DNA from: an uncultured Bacilli bacterium
Lineage (GTDB): Bacteria > Bacillota_I > Bacilli_A > RF39 > UBA660
Direction: 5' to 3'
Length of the DNA stretch: 64,000 bases
NCBI GenBank assembly: GCA_934182615.1
Contig: CAKPRO010000010.1
Span: forward strand, 2,494-66,493
Shown here: positions 44,883 through 55,284 of the stretch, one piece after another
Layout of the letters: every line of letters begins with the position of its first letter
How positions within the stretch are numbered: the first letter of the stretch is position 1
Translations under genes and position numbers: made by a program
Notes under the pieces: generated by a model
Told to the model about the DNA's origin: nothing
Seen by the model: the letters and a program-made list of their open reading frames with translations, nothing else
Database searches by the model: none

Positions 44883-45641
44883 ATGAAAAGTAGTAGAATT
44901 ATGAAAATATTTGAACAATATGTCAGAAAATATGATATGAATAATATAGATATTAAAGCTAGATATTTTCATTCACTGAAAGTTATGGAACTTGCAAGAG
45001 AACTAGCTACTGGTTTGGGTATTTTTTCTGAGGAAGAAGTAGCCGTCTGTGAACTTATTGGTCTATTTCATGAGATAGGTAACTTTTCTAAAACTCCTAA
45101 TTACCAGATGGATGATGATATTAATGATAGTTATAATAGAACTATTGATGTTTTATTTAATAAAAAGTTAATTAGAGAAATTAGTAAAGAAACTAAGTAT
45201 GATACAGTTATTAAAATGGCTATCTTTGCTTATGATAAAAATGGATTTCCTGCTGATATTGATGAGAAAGGTAGACATATGTGTGCTATTATAAAAGATG
45301 CTCATAATTTAGATTCTTTTAGGTTATTTGTTAATTATCCATATGTGGATACAGTAATCAAAAGTTATCCTAGTAGTCTCGTCTATGACGACTTTAAAAG
45401 TTTTAAGACTATTAGTTCTAAAGTAAGTGATAATGCTAGTGATGAAGTATTAGTTACTTTATCGAAGATGTATTCATTTAATTATAAATATTCTTATTAT
45501 TTATTAAAACAAAATGATTATGTTAATAAGATATTTAATTCTTTGAATTTTGATAATAGTGAATTAGAGGGGTTCTTTAAACAACTTATGGTTGTTCTTA
45601 ATAATTATATCGATAAAAGGATAGGTGTTGTAAATGCTTGA
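44883..45641 (+). CDS. HD-superfamily domain protein (HE variant of the HD dyad)
   Basis: [12 protein letters not shown] ... GLFHEIGNF fits the H...HD pattern with Glu for Asp. ATG 44883 follows AAAGGAGG; the track's GTG 44799 extension lies inside the repeat element. Confidence 0.6.
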   Translation: MKSSRIMKIFEQYVRKYDMNNIDIKARYFHSLKVMELARELATGLGIFSEEEVAVCELIGLFHEIGNFSKTPNYQMDDDINDSYNRTIDVLFNKKLIREISKETKYDTVIKMAIFAYDKNGFPADIDEKGRHMCAIIKDAHNLDSFRLFVNYPYVDTVIKSYPSSLVYDDFKSFKTISSKVSDNASDEVLVTLSKMYSFNYKYSYYLLKQNDYVNKIFNSLNFDNSELEGFFKQLMVVLNNYIDKRIGVVNA

Positions 45642-48168
45642 TAAAAAATATGACCATTTGATGGTTGAAAAAGATAAATATGATAATTGGAAGAAAAAGG
45701 GGTATTTTAAATCAGGAGATTTAAGTAAGGAACCATACTGTATAGTTATTCCTCCTCCTAATGTAACAGGTAAATTACATTTAGGTCATGCTTGGGATAC
45801 TTCAATTCAAGATATTATTATTAGATATAAGAGAATGCAAGGGTTTGATGCATTATGGCTTCCAGGTATGGATCATGCTGGTATTGCTACGCAGGCTAAG
45901 GTAGATAAAAAACTTAGAAGTGAAGGTATTAATCCTAGAAGTATGTCTCGTGAAGAGTGGCTTAAGGTTGCTTGGTCTTGGAAAGAAGAATATGCCGAAA
46001 ATATTCATAGTCAGTGGGCTAAACTTGGTTTATCTCTTGATTATGATAAGGAAAGATTTACTTTAGATGATGGTTTATCTCATGCTGTTAGAAAGGTATT
46101 TGTTGATTTATATAACAAAGGTCTTATCTATAGAGGTGAGAGAATTATTAATTGGGATCCTGCTGCTATGACTGCTCTAAGTAATGAAGAGGTTATTTAT
46201 AAAGATGTTGAGGGAGCCTTCTACCACATTAAATATATGATTGAAGGTACTGATGAGTATCTAGAGGTTGCTACAACTAGACCAGAGACTTTATTTGGTG
46301 ATACTGCAGTTGCGGTTAATCCAGAAGATGATAGATATAATAAATATATTGGTAAGAATGTTATGCTTCCAATAGTTAATAAACTTATTCCTATTATTGG
46401 TGACGAACACGCTGATATGGAGTTTGGTACTGGTGTTGTTAAGATTACTCCTGCTCATGACCCTAATGACTTTGAAGTTGGTAATAGACATAATCTAGAG
46501 AGAATTGTCGTTATGAATCCTAATGGTACTATGAATGAGAATGCTGGTAAATATAATGGTATGGATAGATTTGAATGTAGAGATGCTGTTATTAAAGACT
46601 TAGATAGTGAAGGACTTCTTATTAAGATTGAACCTATTAATCATAATGTTGGTTTCTCTGAGAGAAGTGATGTTATGGTTGAACCTTATCTTTCTAAACA
46701 ATGGTTTGTTAAAATGAGACCGCTAGCGGACAGAGTTCTTGAAAATCAAAAGGATAAAGATAAGAAAGTTAATTTTGTTCCTCCTAGATATGAAAAGACT
46801 ATGAATCACTGGATGGAGATCACATATGATTGGTGTATCTCTAGACAATTATGGTGGGGTCACAGAATACCTGCTTGGTATAAAGGTGATGAAGTTTATG
46901 TTGGTATGGAAGAACCTAAAGGTGATGGTTGGGTACAAGATAATGATGTACTTGATACTTGGTTTTCTTCAGCACTATGGCCTTTTAGTACTTTAGGATG
47001 GCCTGATAATACTGACTTACTTAAGAGATATTATCCTAATAATGTACTAGTTACTGGTTATGATATTATTCCTTTCTGGGTTAATAGAATGACTTTTCAA
47101 GGACTTGAGTTCTTAAATGAAAGACCTTTTAAAGATTGTTTAATTCATGGTCTTATTAGAGATAAAAAAGGTAGAAAGATGAGTAAGAGTCTAGGTAATG
47201 GTATTGATCCTATGGATGTTATTGATATGTATGGTGCTGACTCTTTAAGATTCTTTTTAACTACAAATACTGCTCCTGGTATGGATTTGAGATACGATGA
47301 AGAAAAAGTTAAATCTACTTGGAACTTTATTAATAAGATTTGGAATGCTTCAAGATTTGTTTTAATGAAACTAGAAGACTTTAAAGAGGAAGATTATACT
47401 CTTGATAATTTAAAAGAAGAAGATAAATGGATTTTAAATAAATTAAATACTACGATTAAAGAGGTTACTAAAAATATGGATAAATATGATTTCCATATCG
47501 TTGGTAATACACTATATGATTTTGTATGGGGAGACTTCTGTGACAAGTATATTGAGTTATCTAAGTTCTATAATGATAATACTACGAAGAGTGTACTTAT
47601 TAGAGTTCTTACAGATATTCTGAAGATGCTTCATCCTTTTATGCCTTATGTTACTGAAGAAATATATGGTATGATGCCTATTAAAGAAGCAGAATCTATT
47701 ATGATTAGTAAGTATCCTATATATGATAAGAAAGAGGTATTTACCACTAATATTAATAATGTACTTGAATTTATTACAATGTTTAGAAATAAAAAGGCTG
47801 AACTTGGTAATATTGGAGAGTATAAGGTATATATTGATATTGATGACGAGACTTCTAAAGACATTATTATTAATATGCTAAAATTAAGTGATAAGATTTC
47901 TTTAGAAGATGGTAATGGTATAAAAATAGAATATGCTGGTATGAAGGCTTCTATTATATATGATAATAGTAAGAGTTTAGAAGAAGAAAAAGAAAAACTT
48001 CTTAAAGAAAAAGAAAGTCTAGAGGCTTCAATTGCAAGAAGAGAAAAACTTCTTAGTAATAGTAATTATGTTGAGAAGGCTCCTAAAGCAATTGTTGATA
48101 AAGATAGAGAAGCTCTTCTTAAAGAAAAAGAAATGTTAGATATTATTTTAAATAAAATTAATGGTTAG
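45634..48168 (+). CDS. valS: Valine--tRNA ligase
   Basis: HLGH, KMSKS, a CP1 editing domain and a C-terminal coiled coil. Its start overlaps the upstream stop by 8 nt (ATGCTTGA). Confidence 0.97.
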   Translation: MLDKKYDHLMVEKDKYDNWKKKGYFKSGDLSKEPYCIVIPPPNVTGKLHLGHAWDTSIQDIIIRYKRMQGFDALWLPGMDHAGIATQAKVDKKLRSEGINPRSMSREEWLKVAWSWKEEYAENIHSQWAKLGLSLDYDKERFTLDDGLSHAVRKVFVDLYNKGLIYRGERIINWDPAAMTALSNEEVIYKDVEGAFYHIKYMIEGTDEYLEVATTRPETLFGDTAVAVNPEDDRYNKYIGKNVMLPIVNKLIPIIGDEHADMEFGTGVVKITPAHDPNDFEVGNRHNLERIVVMNPNGTMNENAGKYNGMDRFECRDAVIKDLDSEGLLIKIEPINHNVGFSERSDVMVEPYLSKQWFVKMRPLADRVLENQKDKDKKVNFVPPRYEKTMNHWMEITYDWCISRQLWWGHRIPAWYKGDEVYVGMEEPKGDGWVQDNDVLDTWFSSALWPFSTLGWPDNTDLLKRYYPNNVLVTGYDIIPFWVNRMTFQGLEFLNERPFKDCLIHGLIRDKKGRKMSKSLGNGIDPMDVIDMYGADSLRFFLTTNTAPGMDLRYDEEKVKSTWNFINKIWNASRFVLMKLEDFKEEDYTLDNLKEEDKWILNKLNTTIKEVTKNMDKYDFHIVGNTLYDFVWGDFCDKYIELSKFYNDNTTKSVLIRVLTDILKMLHPFMPYVTEEIYGMMPIKEAESIMISKYPIYDKKEVFTTNINNVLEFITMFRNKKAELGNIGEYKVYIDIDDETSKDIIINMLKLSDKISLEDGNGIKIEYAGMKASIIYDNSKSLEEEKEKLLKEKESLEASIARREKLLSNSNYVEKAPKAIVDKDREALLKEKEMLDIILNKING

Positions 48169-48191
48169 TTTATAAAAAGGAGGTTATATTT

Positions 48192-48527
48192 ATGGCTAAG
48201 TATTGTGCAAATTGTGGAAAGGAATTAACTGATGAACAAGATATTTGTTTAAATTGTGGTGTTAGAGTTAAAAAGAGTACTACTTCAAGTGATTCTAATG
48301 CTAAATCTAAACTTGCTGCTGGATTATTTGGTATTTTCTTAGGTGCCTTTGGTGTTCATAACTTTTACCTTGGTTTTACTGGTAAAGCAGTTGCTCAACT
48401 TTTAATCACTGTTTTATCTTGTGGTATCTTAAGTCCTGTGTCCGCTATATGGGGACTTATTGAAGGTATTATGATTCTTTCTAGTAATGACTATAAAGAT
48501 GCTGATGGTAATACTTTAAGAGACTAA
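48192..48527 (+). CDS. Zinc-ribbon + TM2-domain membrane protein
   Basis: CANCG...CLNCG followed by the TM2 core GLFGIFLGAFGVHNFYLG. Confidence 0.8.
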   Translation: MAKYCANCGKELTDEQDICLNCGVRVKKSTTSSDSNAKSKLAAGLFGIFLGAFGVHNFYLGFTGKAVAQLLITVLSCGILSPVSAIWGLIEGIMILSSNDYKDADGNTLRD

Positions 48528-48898
48528 TGAAAAAAAGAATTATTAATTTAATTATTTTGCTTTCTGGTACTTTATTTATTTTTATAATAGTTACTGGGAA
48601 ATTTAATGTGGAATGTCTTTTTAAGAGGATATTCCATATTTCTTGTCCTGGATGTGGTTTAACTAGATCTTTTAGGTCTATTCTTAATTTAGATTTTATT
48701 AATGCTTTTAAATATAACATTCTTGGTATACCTTTATTTATTTTATGTATTATTTATATTATTCTCTTAATTAGAGATGTTATAATAGGTAGTGATAAAG
48801 GTAATAAGTTAGTACTTTATATTTTTAGTAAATACTATATACTTATTATTTGTTTATTTATTATTTCTATGATTATTAATAATATTAATGGTATATAA
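48527..48898 (+). CDS. DUF2752-family membrane protein
   Basis: CPGCGLTRS motif after the first TM helix. ATGA overlap with the upstream gene. Confidence 0.65.
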   Translation: MKKRIINLIILLSGTLFIFIIVTGKFNVECLFKRIFHISCPGCGLTRSFRSILNLDFINAFKYNILGIPLFILCIIYIILLIRDVIIGSDKGNKLVLYIFSKYYILIICLFIISMIINNINGI

Positions 48899-48936
48899 TT
48901 ATTTTTACACTTCATACTAATTATGAGGTGTTTTTT

Positions 48937-49647
48937 ATGAGCAATTTTCTTAATATTTGTTTTAGAACAATACTAGTTCTTATTATTCTTTTCTTTATTA
49001 CTAAGATGATGGGAAAGAAACAGATATCTGAACTTAATTTTTTTGACTATGTTGTTGGTATTACGATTGGTTCTATTGCCGCGGATATTTCTTTAGATAT
49101 TGAAAAGAATATGATTGCAGGAATAGCAGCTCTATTTATATATGGATTTATATCTTATATAATTTCATTTATATCTATAAAAAGTATTCTAGCAAGAAGA
49201 TTTTTTATTGGTGTACCAACAGTTCTTGTAGAAAAAGGTAAAATTATTGAATCTGGTTTAAAGAAATCTAAAATTGATGTTAATGATTTATTAATGGAGG
49301 CAAGAGAAAATGGTTATTTTAATTTAGATGAAATTGATTATGCTCTTATGGAAGTTAATGGTAATATTAGTTTTCTTCCTAAAGAAAAAGAAAAGCCTGT
49401 GACTAAAAGAGATATGAAAATTAAATGTAGTAATGAAGGACTTACTGTAAATGCCATCATTGATAGTAAGTATATGGTTAATAATATGAAGGCGATTAAT
49501 AAAGATACAGAATGGTTAGATCATGAACTTAAAGTTAATGGTTATGATAATTATGATAATATTCTTTTAGCCACGATTGATAATAATTATAAAGTTACTA
49601 TTTACGAAAAGAATGTAAAGCCTGATAAAAATACCGTTTTGGAATAG
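48937..49647 (+). CDS. DUF421 (YetF/YdfS-like) membrane protein
   Basis: LNFFDYVVGITIGSIAA and the C-terminal YetF-type soluble domain. ATG 48937 follows GAGGTG. Confidence 0.75.
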   Translation: MSNFLNICFRTILVLIILFFITKMMGKKQISELNFFDYVVGITIGSIAADISLDIEKNMIAGIAALFIYGFISYIISFISIKSILARRFFIGVPTVLVEKGKIIESGLKKSKIDVNDLLMEARENGYFNLDEIDYALMEVNGNISFLPKEKEKPVTKRDMKIKCSNEGLTVNAIIDSKYMVNNMKAINKDTEWLDHELKVNGYDNYDNILLATIDNNYKVTIYEKNVKPDKNTVLE

Positions 49648-49698
49648 TATTTTTTTTATATCGATGATATAATGAAATCTGATATGGAAGTAGATAAT

Positions 49699-51072
49699 AT
49701 GAAGTTTAAAAAGATAATAATTATCTCTATAGTTATTTCAGTAATTTTACTTATATGTTCTTTATTATTACCTAATATTAACATTGATAAAGATACAATT
49801 GGTTATAATGGTAATGATACATATAATATAAAAGCTTATAACACTATAAGAGACATGAATAAGTATATTAAAATTAGTGATAATATAGATAAAAAGATGC
49901 TTGGAAATTATCAAGTTACTGTTAAAGTTAGATATTTATTTTATAGATATAATAAAGTTTTTGATATTAAAGTTGTCGATAAAGTAAAACCAGAAGTTGA
50001 ATTAAAAGGAAATAACCCAAGTTATGTTTGTCCTAATAAAGATTATGATGAAGAAGGATATACGGCAAGTGATGATTATGATGGAGACATTACTGATAAA
50101 GTAAATATAGAAAAAAATGGTAATTTTATTATTTATAGTGTTAAAGATAGTTCAGGTAATAAAAATGAAATTAGAAGAAGTATTATATTTGAAGATAAAG
50201 AAGAGCCTTCACTTACTTTAATAGGTGATAATAATATTGTTATTTATAAAAATAGTAAATATATTGAAAAAGGATATACGGCGATTGATAAATGTGATGG
50301 TGATATTACTGATAAAGTTATAGTAACAGGTACTGTTGATACTAATAGAGTTGGAACTTACACTATTAACTATAAGGTAGTAGATAATAGTGGTAATGAA
50401 GCTTCAGTAGATAGAAAAATTACCGTCAGAGAAAGACCAAGTTATTATGGAAATGGTAGTATTTATTTAACCTTTGATGATGGACCTAGTTATTTGACAA
50501 AAGAAATTTTAGATATTTTAGATGAAGAAGGTATTAAAGCAACTTTCTTTGTAACTAGTGGTGGTGAATATGTAAAGAGAGCCTACAATAGCGGACATAC
50601 AATTGCTTTACATACTTCTAGTCATAAATACAGTTATGTGTACTCTAGTGAAGAAAATTACTTTAATGATTTAAATACTGTTAGTGATAGTGTTTATAAT
50701 TCTATTGGTATTAGATGTAAATTTATTAGATTTCCTGGAGGTAGTTCTAATACTATAAGTAGAAATTATAATAAAGGTATTATGTCTAGACTTGTTAATG
50801 CTGTTACTAATAAAGGATATGTATATTTTGATTGGAATGTCGATTCTAATGATGCTGGTGGTGATACAAATAATAGTAATAAAATATACAATAATGTTAT
50901 AAATGGTTTATCTCATAATAAAACAAACATAGTACTTATGCATGATTCTGCTAATCACAGGAGTACTGTGAATGCTTTAAGAGACATTATTAGATATGGT
51001 AAAGATAATGGATATTCATTTAAAGCTATTACTAATGATACACCAGTAGTAAGACATGGAGTTAATAATTAA
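49699..51072 (+). CDS. Polysaccharide deacetylase (NodB domain) with two Ig-like DUF5011-type repeats
   Basis: Two DxYDGDITDKV-containing Ig-like repeats, then NodB motifs LTFDDGPS and HTSSH. The start is uncertain among 49672, 49684 and 49699. Confidence 0.85.
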   Translation: MKFKKIIIISIVISVILLICSLLLPNINIDKDTIGYNGNDTYNIKAYNTIRDMNKYIKISDNIDKKMLGNYQVTVKVRYLFYRYNKVFDIKVVDKVKPEVELKGNNPSYVCPNKDYDEEGYTASDDYDGDITDKVNIEKNGNFIIYSVKDSSGNKNEIRRSIIFEDKEEPSLTLIGDNNIVIYKNSKYIEKGYTAIDKCDGDITDKVIVTGTVDTNRVGTYTINYKVVDNSGNEASVDRKITVRERPSYYGNGSIYLTFDDGPSYLTKEILDILDEEGIKATFFVTSGGEYVKRAYNSGHTIALHTSSHKYSYVYSSEENYFNDLNTVSDSVYNSIGIRCKFIRFPGGSSNTISRNYNKGIMSRLVNAVTNKGYVYFDWNVDSNDAGGDTNNSNKIYNNVINGLSHNKTNIVLMHDSANHRSTVNALRDIIRYGKDNGYSFKAITNDTPVVRHGVNN

Positions 51073-51166
51073 ATAGTTGTAAAAAAAAAATTACAACTAT
51101 TTTTTTAGTTATGTTGTTGTAATTTTTGGTAATTTTGTTATAATATTGTTAGAAAGGATGGTTAGT

Positions 51167-51730
51167 ATGATTAAGAAAATAAATGAGTACATTAATTTAT
51201 CAATTATATTGTCAGTTTTATTTATGATAGTAGGAGTATTACTTATAGTATGGCCTAAAGCATCTCTTGATACTTTTGCTTATGTTATTGGTACTATTAT
51301 GATTATCTATGGTATTTATAGTTTTATAGATAGTTTTAGTATTAATCCTGCTCTTTGTTTATTTCAAATGACAAATAGTATTTTATCATTTTTACTTGGT
51401 ATTTGTGTATTCTTGAATCCTAGTATTTTTGAGAGTATCTTACCAATTGCTTTAGGTATTTTCTTTATTATAAGTGGTGCATTTAGTTCTAGAATATCAT
51501 TTATTATTAAAGATATTGATAATAGTTATATTCTATCTTTATTTACCTCTATATTAATGGTTATATGTGGTGTAGTATTAATTATTAATCCAGGAAATAC
51601 TGTTCTTGTTATTACTACATTAATTGGTATTATTCTTATTGTATACTCTGTAAGTGCAATAGTTGATATGTTTGTATTTAAATCAAGAGTAAAAGAGATA
51701 GATAAATACTTTAGTAAATTACTTAAATAA
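51167..51730 (+). CDS. HdeD/DUF308-family membrane protein
   Basis: Six TM helices with the repeated DUF308 pattern (GVLLIVWP, GVVLIINP). ATG 51167 follows AAAGGATGG. Confidence 0.65.
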   Translation: MIKKINEYINLSIILSVLFMIVGVLLIVWPKASLDTFAYVIGTIMIIYGIYSFIDSFSINPALCLFQMTNSILSFLLGICVFLNPSIFESILPIALGIFFIISGAFSSRISFIIKDIDNSYILSLFTSILMVICGVVLIINPGNTVLVITTLIGIILIVYSVSAIVDMFVFKSRVKEIDKYFSKLLK

Positions 51731-51839
51731 TCCTATTAATTTAGGGTTATTTTTTTTGTAAAGTATTATGTAAAATATTAGTATTTTCTTTATTGTTATT
51801 TTTAAATGTGATATATTTATACTAGAAAAGGTGATAACT

Positions 51840-53744
51840 ATGGATGATAACATGAGAAATGCTTGGCTAGATATGATATCTAAAATTTATACTAATTTAC
51901 ATAACAGTGATAGCGTTCTTAGAGCTTCAAATGTATCTGATAAAAAAAGAGAAAGACTACTAAAATATTTTGAAAGACTTGAAGAACTACATAATAAAGT
52001 ATCTGAGACAAGAAGTGTTAATGGTGAAAAATTACTTAAAAGTTTTTATTATCATTTATATGTTCTTAAACCAGAAGATATACCTGAATCTTATTTTCAA
52101 AGTCAAGTTAGACTGGCTAGAGAAAGAGGTTATGGTAATATAGAATTAACAAATGAAGATAAGAGGAGAATGACTGAGGAAGTTATTGATGATCAAAAGA
52201 AAAGTTTAGATAAATGGATTGAATACTTTTTATATGATGAAGAAAGTAAATCTTATGGAATGTGGGAAAAGTACTGGGTATTTCAAGGATTACAAACTTT
52301 AGGTAAATATGATAAAGAAACTGGCAAGTTTAGTAAAAGAGATAAAAGTACTGTATATCCTTTTCCTCCAGTAGAAAGAGAATATATTTTTACTACTTTA
52401 AAATTAATGGAAGATTTTCTTAAAGATAAGAAAAGTGAAGAAGATATTAAACATGCTTTAAGTACTGGTAATTTTAAACTTTTATACGAATATGTTATTA
52501 AGCAAAGTCTTTTGAGGGGAGAACATCAAAGTATTAGTACTGAAGGTAAATGGATTAAATACGAGCAGGGCAGTGATTATAATATTTTAAGAGATTCACT
52601 TCAAGGCTATTATACTGGATGGTGTACTGCGGCTGGGGAAAATTTTGCCAAAAACCAATTAGCAGGTGGAGACTTTTATGTTTATTATTCATTAGATGAA
52701 AATGGAGACGCAAAAGTACCTAGAATTGCTATTAGAATGAAAGGTAAAAATAAAATAGGAGAAATTAGAGGTATAGCAAATAATCAAAATATGGAGCCTG
52801 AAATGATACCTATTCTTGAGGAAAAATTAAAAGAGTTTCCTGATAAAGATAAATATCTAAAAAAAGAACATGATATGAAATTACTTACTTTAATTGATAA
52901 AAAAGTAAATAATAATATTAAACTTACTCCTGAAGAACTTATATTTTTATATGAAATGAATGATAGTATCGAAGGATTTGGTTTTTCAAAAGATCCTAGA
53001 ATAAAAGAAATTAAAAGTAGAAGAAGTATAAAACGTGATTATAGTATTATTTTTAATATTAAAGAAAGTGAATTTGCTTCGTCAGAGGAAGAATGGAAAC
53101 GGAACCCAGGTAAGTTCAAATTTTTAAATGACAATTTGTACCTACCTTATTACGATGGGCTGGGCGATATTGCACTACCAGAATATATAAATGGTAATTT
53201 AAATTTTGACTCCTTATCAAATTTAAACAAGATTGTCTATCCTCGGTGGATTAATGGCTGTTTGAGTTTTGGTAATCTTACTGAGGCTGAGGGACTTGTC
53301 CTTCCTAAAACATTTAATGGTTGTTTGAGTTTAGAAAGTCTTACTAGTGCTAAAGGTTTAGTTCTTCCTCAATACATTAGTAGTGATTTATATTTGTATA
53401 GTCTTACTGAGTCTGAGGGACTTACACTTCCTCAACGTGTTGATGGTAATTTACTTTTGGATTCTCTTACTAATGCTGAGGGACTTGTTCTTCCTCAATA
53501 TGTTGGTAAAAGTTTATACTTAAATGATCTTACTAGTGCCAAAACCATTACATTTCCTCAATATGTTGGTGGTGATATATATTTAGTTGGATTAAGAACT
53601 ACTGATGGTTTAAAATTACCTTATGGTTTTGAATTAAGAAATCTTGAGTGTTCTTATAACATTAAAAAGGAAATCATGAATAATCCTGATAAATATTATA
53701 TGGAACCTCCTACTGAAGAAGAGAAAAAAGAAATAAAAAGATAA
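51840..53744 (+). CDS. Large cytoplasmic protein: unknown N-terminal region, possible PcfJ-like core, seven 21-residue LRR-like repeats
   Basis: No signal peptide. The core reads GWCTAAGENFAKNQLAGGDFYVYYS...IGEIRGIANNQN. The C-terminal repeats have consensus vLPqyvxGxLyLxsLTsAEGL (DNA about 53170-53630). Confidence 0.7.
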   Translation: MDDNMRNAWLDMISKIYTNLHNSDSVLRASNVSDKKRERLLKYFERLEELHNKVSETRSVNGEKLLKSFYYHLYVLKPEDIPESYFQSQVRLARERGYGNIELTNEDKRRMTEEVIDDQKKSLDKWIEYFLYDEESKSYGMWEKYWVFQGLQTLGKYDKETGKFSKRDKSTVYPFPPVEREYIFTTLKLMEDFLKDKKSEEDIKHALSTGNFKLLYEYVIKQSLLRGEHQSISTEGKWIKYEQGSDYNILRDSLQGYYTGWCTAAGENFAKNQLAGGDFYVYYSLDENGDAKVPRIAIRMKGKNKIGEIRGIANNQNMEPEMIPILEEKLKEFPDKDKYLKKEHDMKLLTLIDKKVNNNIKLTPEELIFLYEMNDSIEGFGFSKDPRIKEIKSRRSIKRDYSIIFNIKESEFASSEEEWKRNPGKFKFLNDNLYLPYYDGLGDIALPEYINGNLNFDSLSNLNKIVYPRWINGCLSFGNLTEAEGLVLPKTFNGCLSLESLTSAKGLVLPQYISSDLYLYSLTESEGLTLPQRVDGNLLLDSLTNAEGLVLPQYVGKSLYLNDLTSAKTITFPQYVGGDIYLVGLRTTDGLKLPYGFELRNLECSYNIKKEIMNNPDKYYMEPPTEEEKKEIKR

Positions 53745-53750
53745 ACTTAA

Positions 53751-53830
53751 AATTGAAGACTACAGGCTTCAATTTTTTCATTAAAGACCTTAGGCTTTAA
53801 TGATAGTAAAGAGATTATAAGCTCTTTACT
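53751..53830 (+). repeat. Hairpin-repeat family copy 5 (three stem-loops, no tail)
   Basis: aattgAAGACtacaGGCTTcaatt (53751-53774), cattaAAGACcttaGGCTTtaatg (53779-53802) and agtaaagag-attataa-gctctttact (53805-53830). Confidence 0.6.
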
Positions 53831-53937
53831 AAACACTATAATATTTTATATACATTTGTTTGATTTTTTTATATTTTCTATTTACTTGACATTAAATATA
53901 TGATATACTTTAAATGTGAAATATGGAGGTATAAAAA

Positions 53938-55008
53938 ATGTTAGATTATATAATTATAGGACTACTTATTGTAGTAATTATCTTAGTTATTATAGCTATT
54001 AGTAAGAATGTTAATGAAGGAAAAATTACCGAAAGACTTGGTAATTTAGAGACTACTACTGTTAAAGAGTTATCTAGTTTTCAAATAGATATAATGAAAA
54101 CAATGAATGATAATTTTAATGGATTAAATGAAAGAATGGAAAAGAAACTTAGTCAAATTAATGATAAAGTTAATGAAAGATTAGATGATAATTTTGCTAA
54201 GACTAATAAAACTTTTACTAATATATTAGAAAGATTGTCTAGAATAGATGAAGCACAAAAGAAAATCGATACTTTATCTACAGATATTGTTTCTCTTCAA
54301 AGTATTTTAACTGATAAAAAGAGTCGTGGTATATTTGGTGAAATTAATCTTAAACATATTCTTGTTAGTATATTTGGTGAAAGAAATGATAATGTATATA
54401 GACTTCAGTATACTTTTCCTAATACCACTATTGCGGATGCCGTAATATTTGCTCCCGAGCCATTAGGTACTGTTGCTATTGATTCAAAGTTTCCTTTAGA
54501 ACACTATCAAAAAATGGTTGATAAGAATCTTTCTCCACTAGAAAGAACTGCTGCGGAAAAAGAATTTAAGGCTGATGTTAAGAAACATATTGATGCTATT
54601 AGTTCTAAATATATTATTCCTGGTATTACTTCAGATCAGGCTATTATGTTCTTACCTGCTGAGGCTTTATTCGCCGAAATTAATGCTTATCATAGTGATT
54701 TAGTTGAATATGCTCATAGAAAAAGAGTATGGATATGTTCTCCTACAACATTAATTAGTACATTTACTGTTATTGAAGTTCTTCTTAAGAATATGGAAAG
54801 AGATAAATATACTAGTATAATTCATGATGAACTTAATAAGTTAGGTGTTGAATTTAGTAGATATAAAGATAGATGGGATAAGTTATCTAGAAGTATAGAA
54901 ACTGTTAATAAAGATATTGAAAGTATTCATGTTACTACTGATAAGATTACTAAAAGATTTGATTCTATTAGTAGAGTGGAAATTAAAAATAATAACGAAA
55001 TTGAGTAA
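53938..55008 (+). CDS. rmuC: DNA recombination protein RmuC
   Basis: N-terminal TM, a coiled coil, and the RmuC nuclease-like core (GEINLKHIL, AIDSKFPLE, MFLPAEALF). Confidence 0.88.
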   Translation: MLDYIIIGLLIVVIILVIIAISKNVNEGKITERLGNLETTTVKELSSFQIDIMKTMNDNFNGLNERMEKKLSQINDKVNERLDDNFAKTNKTFTNILERLSRIDEAQKKIDTLSTDIVSLQSILTDKKSRGIFGEINLKHILVSIFGERNDNVYRLQYTFPNTTIADAVIFAPEPLGTVAIDSKFPLEHYQKMVDKNLSPLERTAAEKEFKADVKKHIDAISSKYIIPGITSDQAIMFLPAEALFAEINAYHSDLVEYAHRKRVWICSPTTLISTFTVIEVLLKNMERDKYTSIIHDELNKLGVEFSRYKDRWDKLSRSIETVNKDIESIHVTTDKITKRFDSISRVEIKNNNEIE

Positions 55009-55050
55009 GTAAAAACTCTTAATAATATCTATTTATTTGAATATGTTTAA

Positions 55051-55284
55051 ATGAGGGATATTATGGTAAGAGTTTTTTTCTTTTTACTTGGATTTGGTTT
55101 TATGGTTATTGGATGTAGTTTTATTATTTTATATCTTAATTTAATGTCTATGGGGTATAATTTTTTGAATTATGTTAATTTTATTGTTAGAAGATTTGAA
55201 TGTTATTTTAGTATTATCGGTCTTATTATGATGATTTTATCAATGACTATTAAAGGAGAAGATAAGAATGAATTATATTTATGA
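55051..55284 (+). CDS. Small two-TM membrane protein
   Basis: 77 aa with two hydrophobic helices. Overlaps the next ORF by 17 nt. Confidence 0.45.
   Translation: MRDIMVRVFFFLLGFGFMVIGCSFIILYLNLMSMGYNFLNYVNFIVRRFECYFSIIGLIMMILSMTIKGEDKNELYL

Noticed and set aside
44809-45640. T-box leader for valS
   Set aside because: valS overlaps the preceding ORF. The only upstream non-coding stretch (44731-44882) is occupied by the hairpin repeat, and no T-box core (AATTAGGGTGGTACCGCG-like) was seen.
38946-48720. Minus-strand ORFs inside right-arm genes (38946-39140, 39493-39702, 40047-40286, 43106-43297, 44091-44330, 46291-46491, 47646-47864, 48481-48720, and also 56565-56819)
   Set aside because: Each is antisense to a longer, motif-supported or better-initiated plus-strand gene. 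They have no RBS and hydrophobic low-complexity translations.
53170-53630. 63-bp periodic DNA repeats, considered as a possible CRISPR or tandem-repeat array
   Set aside because: The period is in frame within a long ORF and encodes the 21-residue protein repeats. There are no unique spacers, and the repeats diverge mostly at synonymous or conservative positions.
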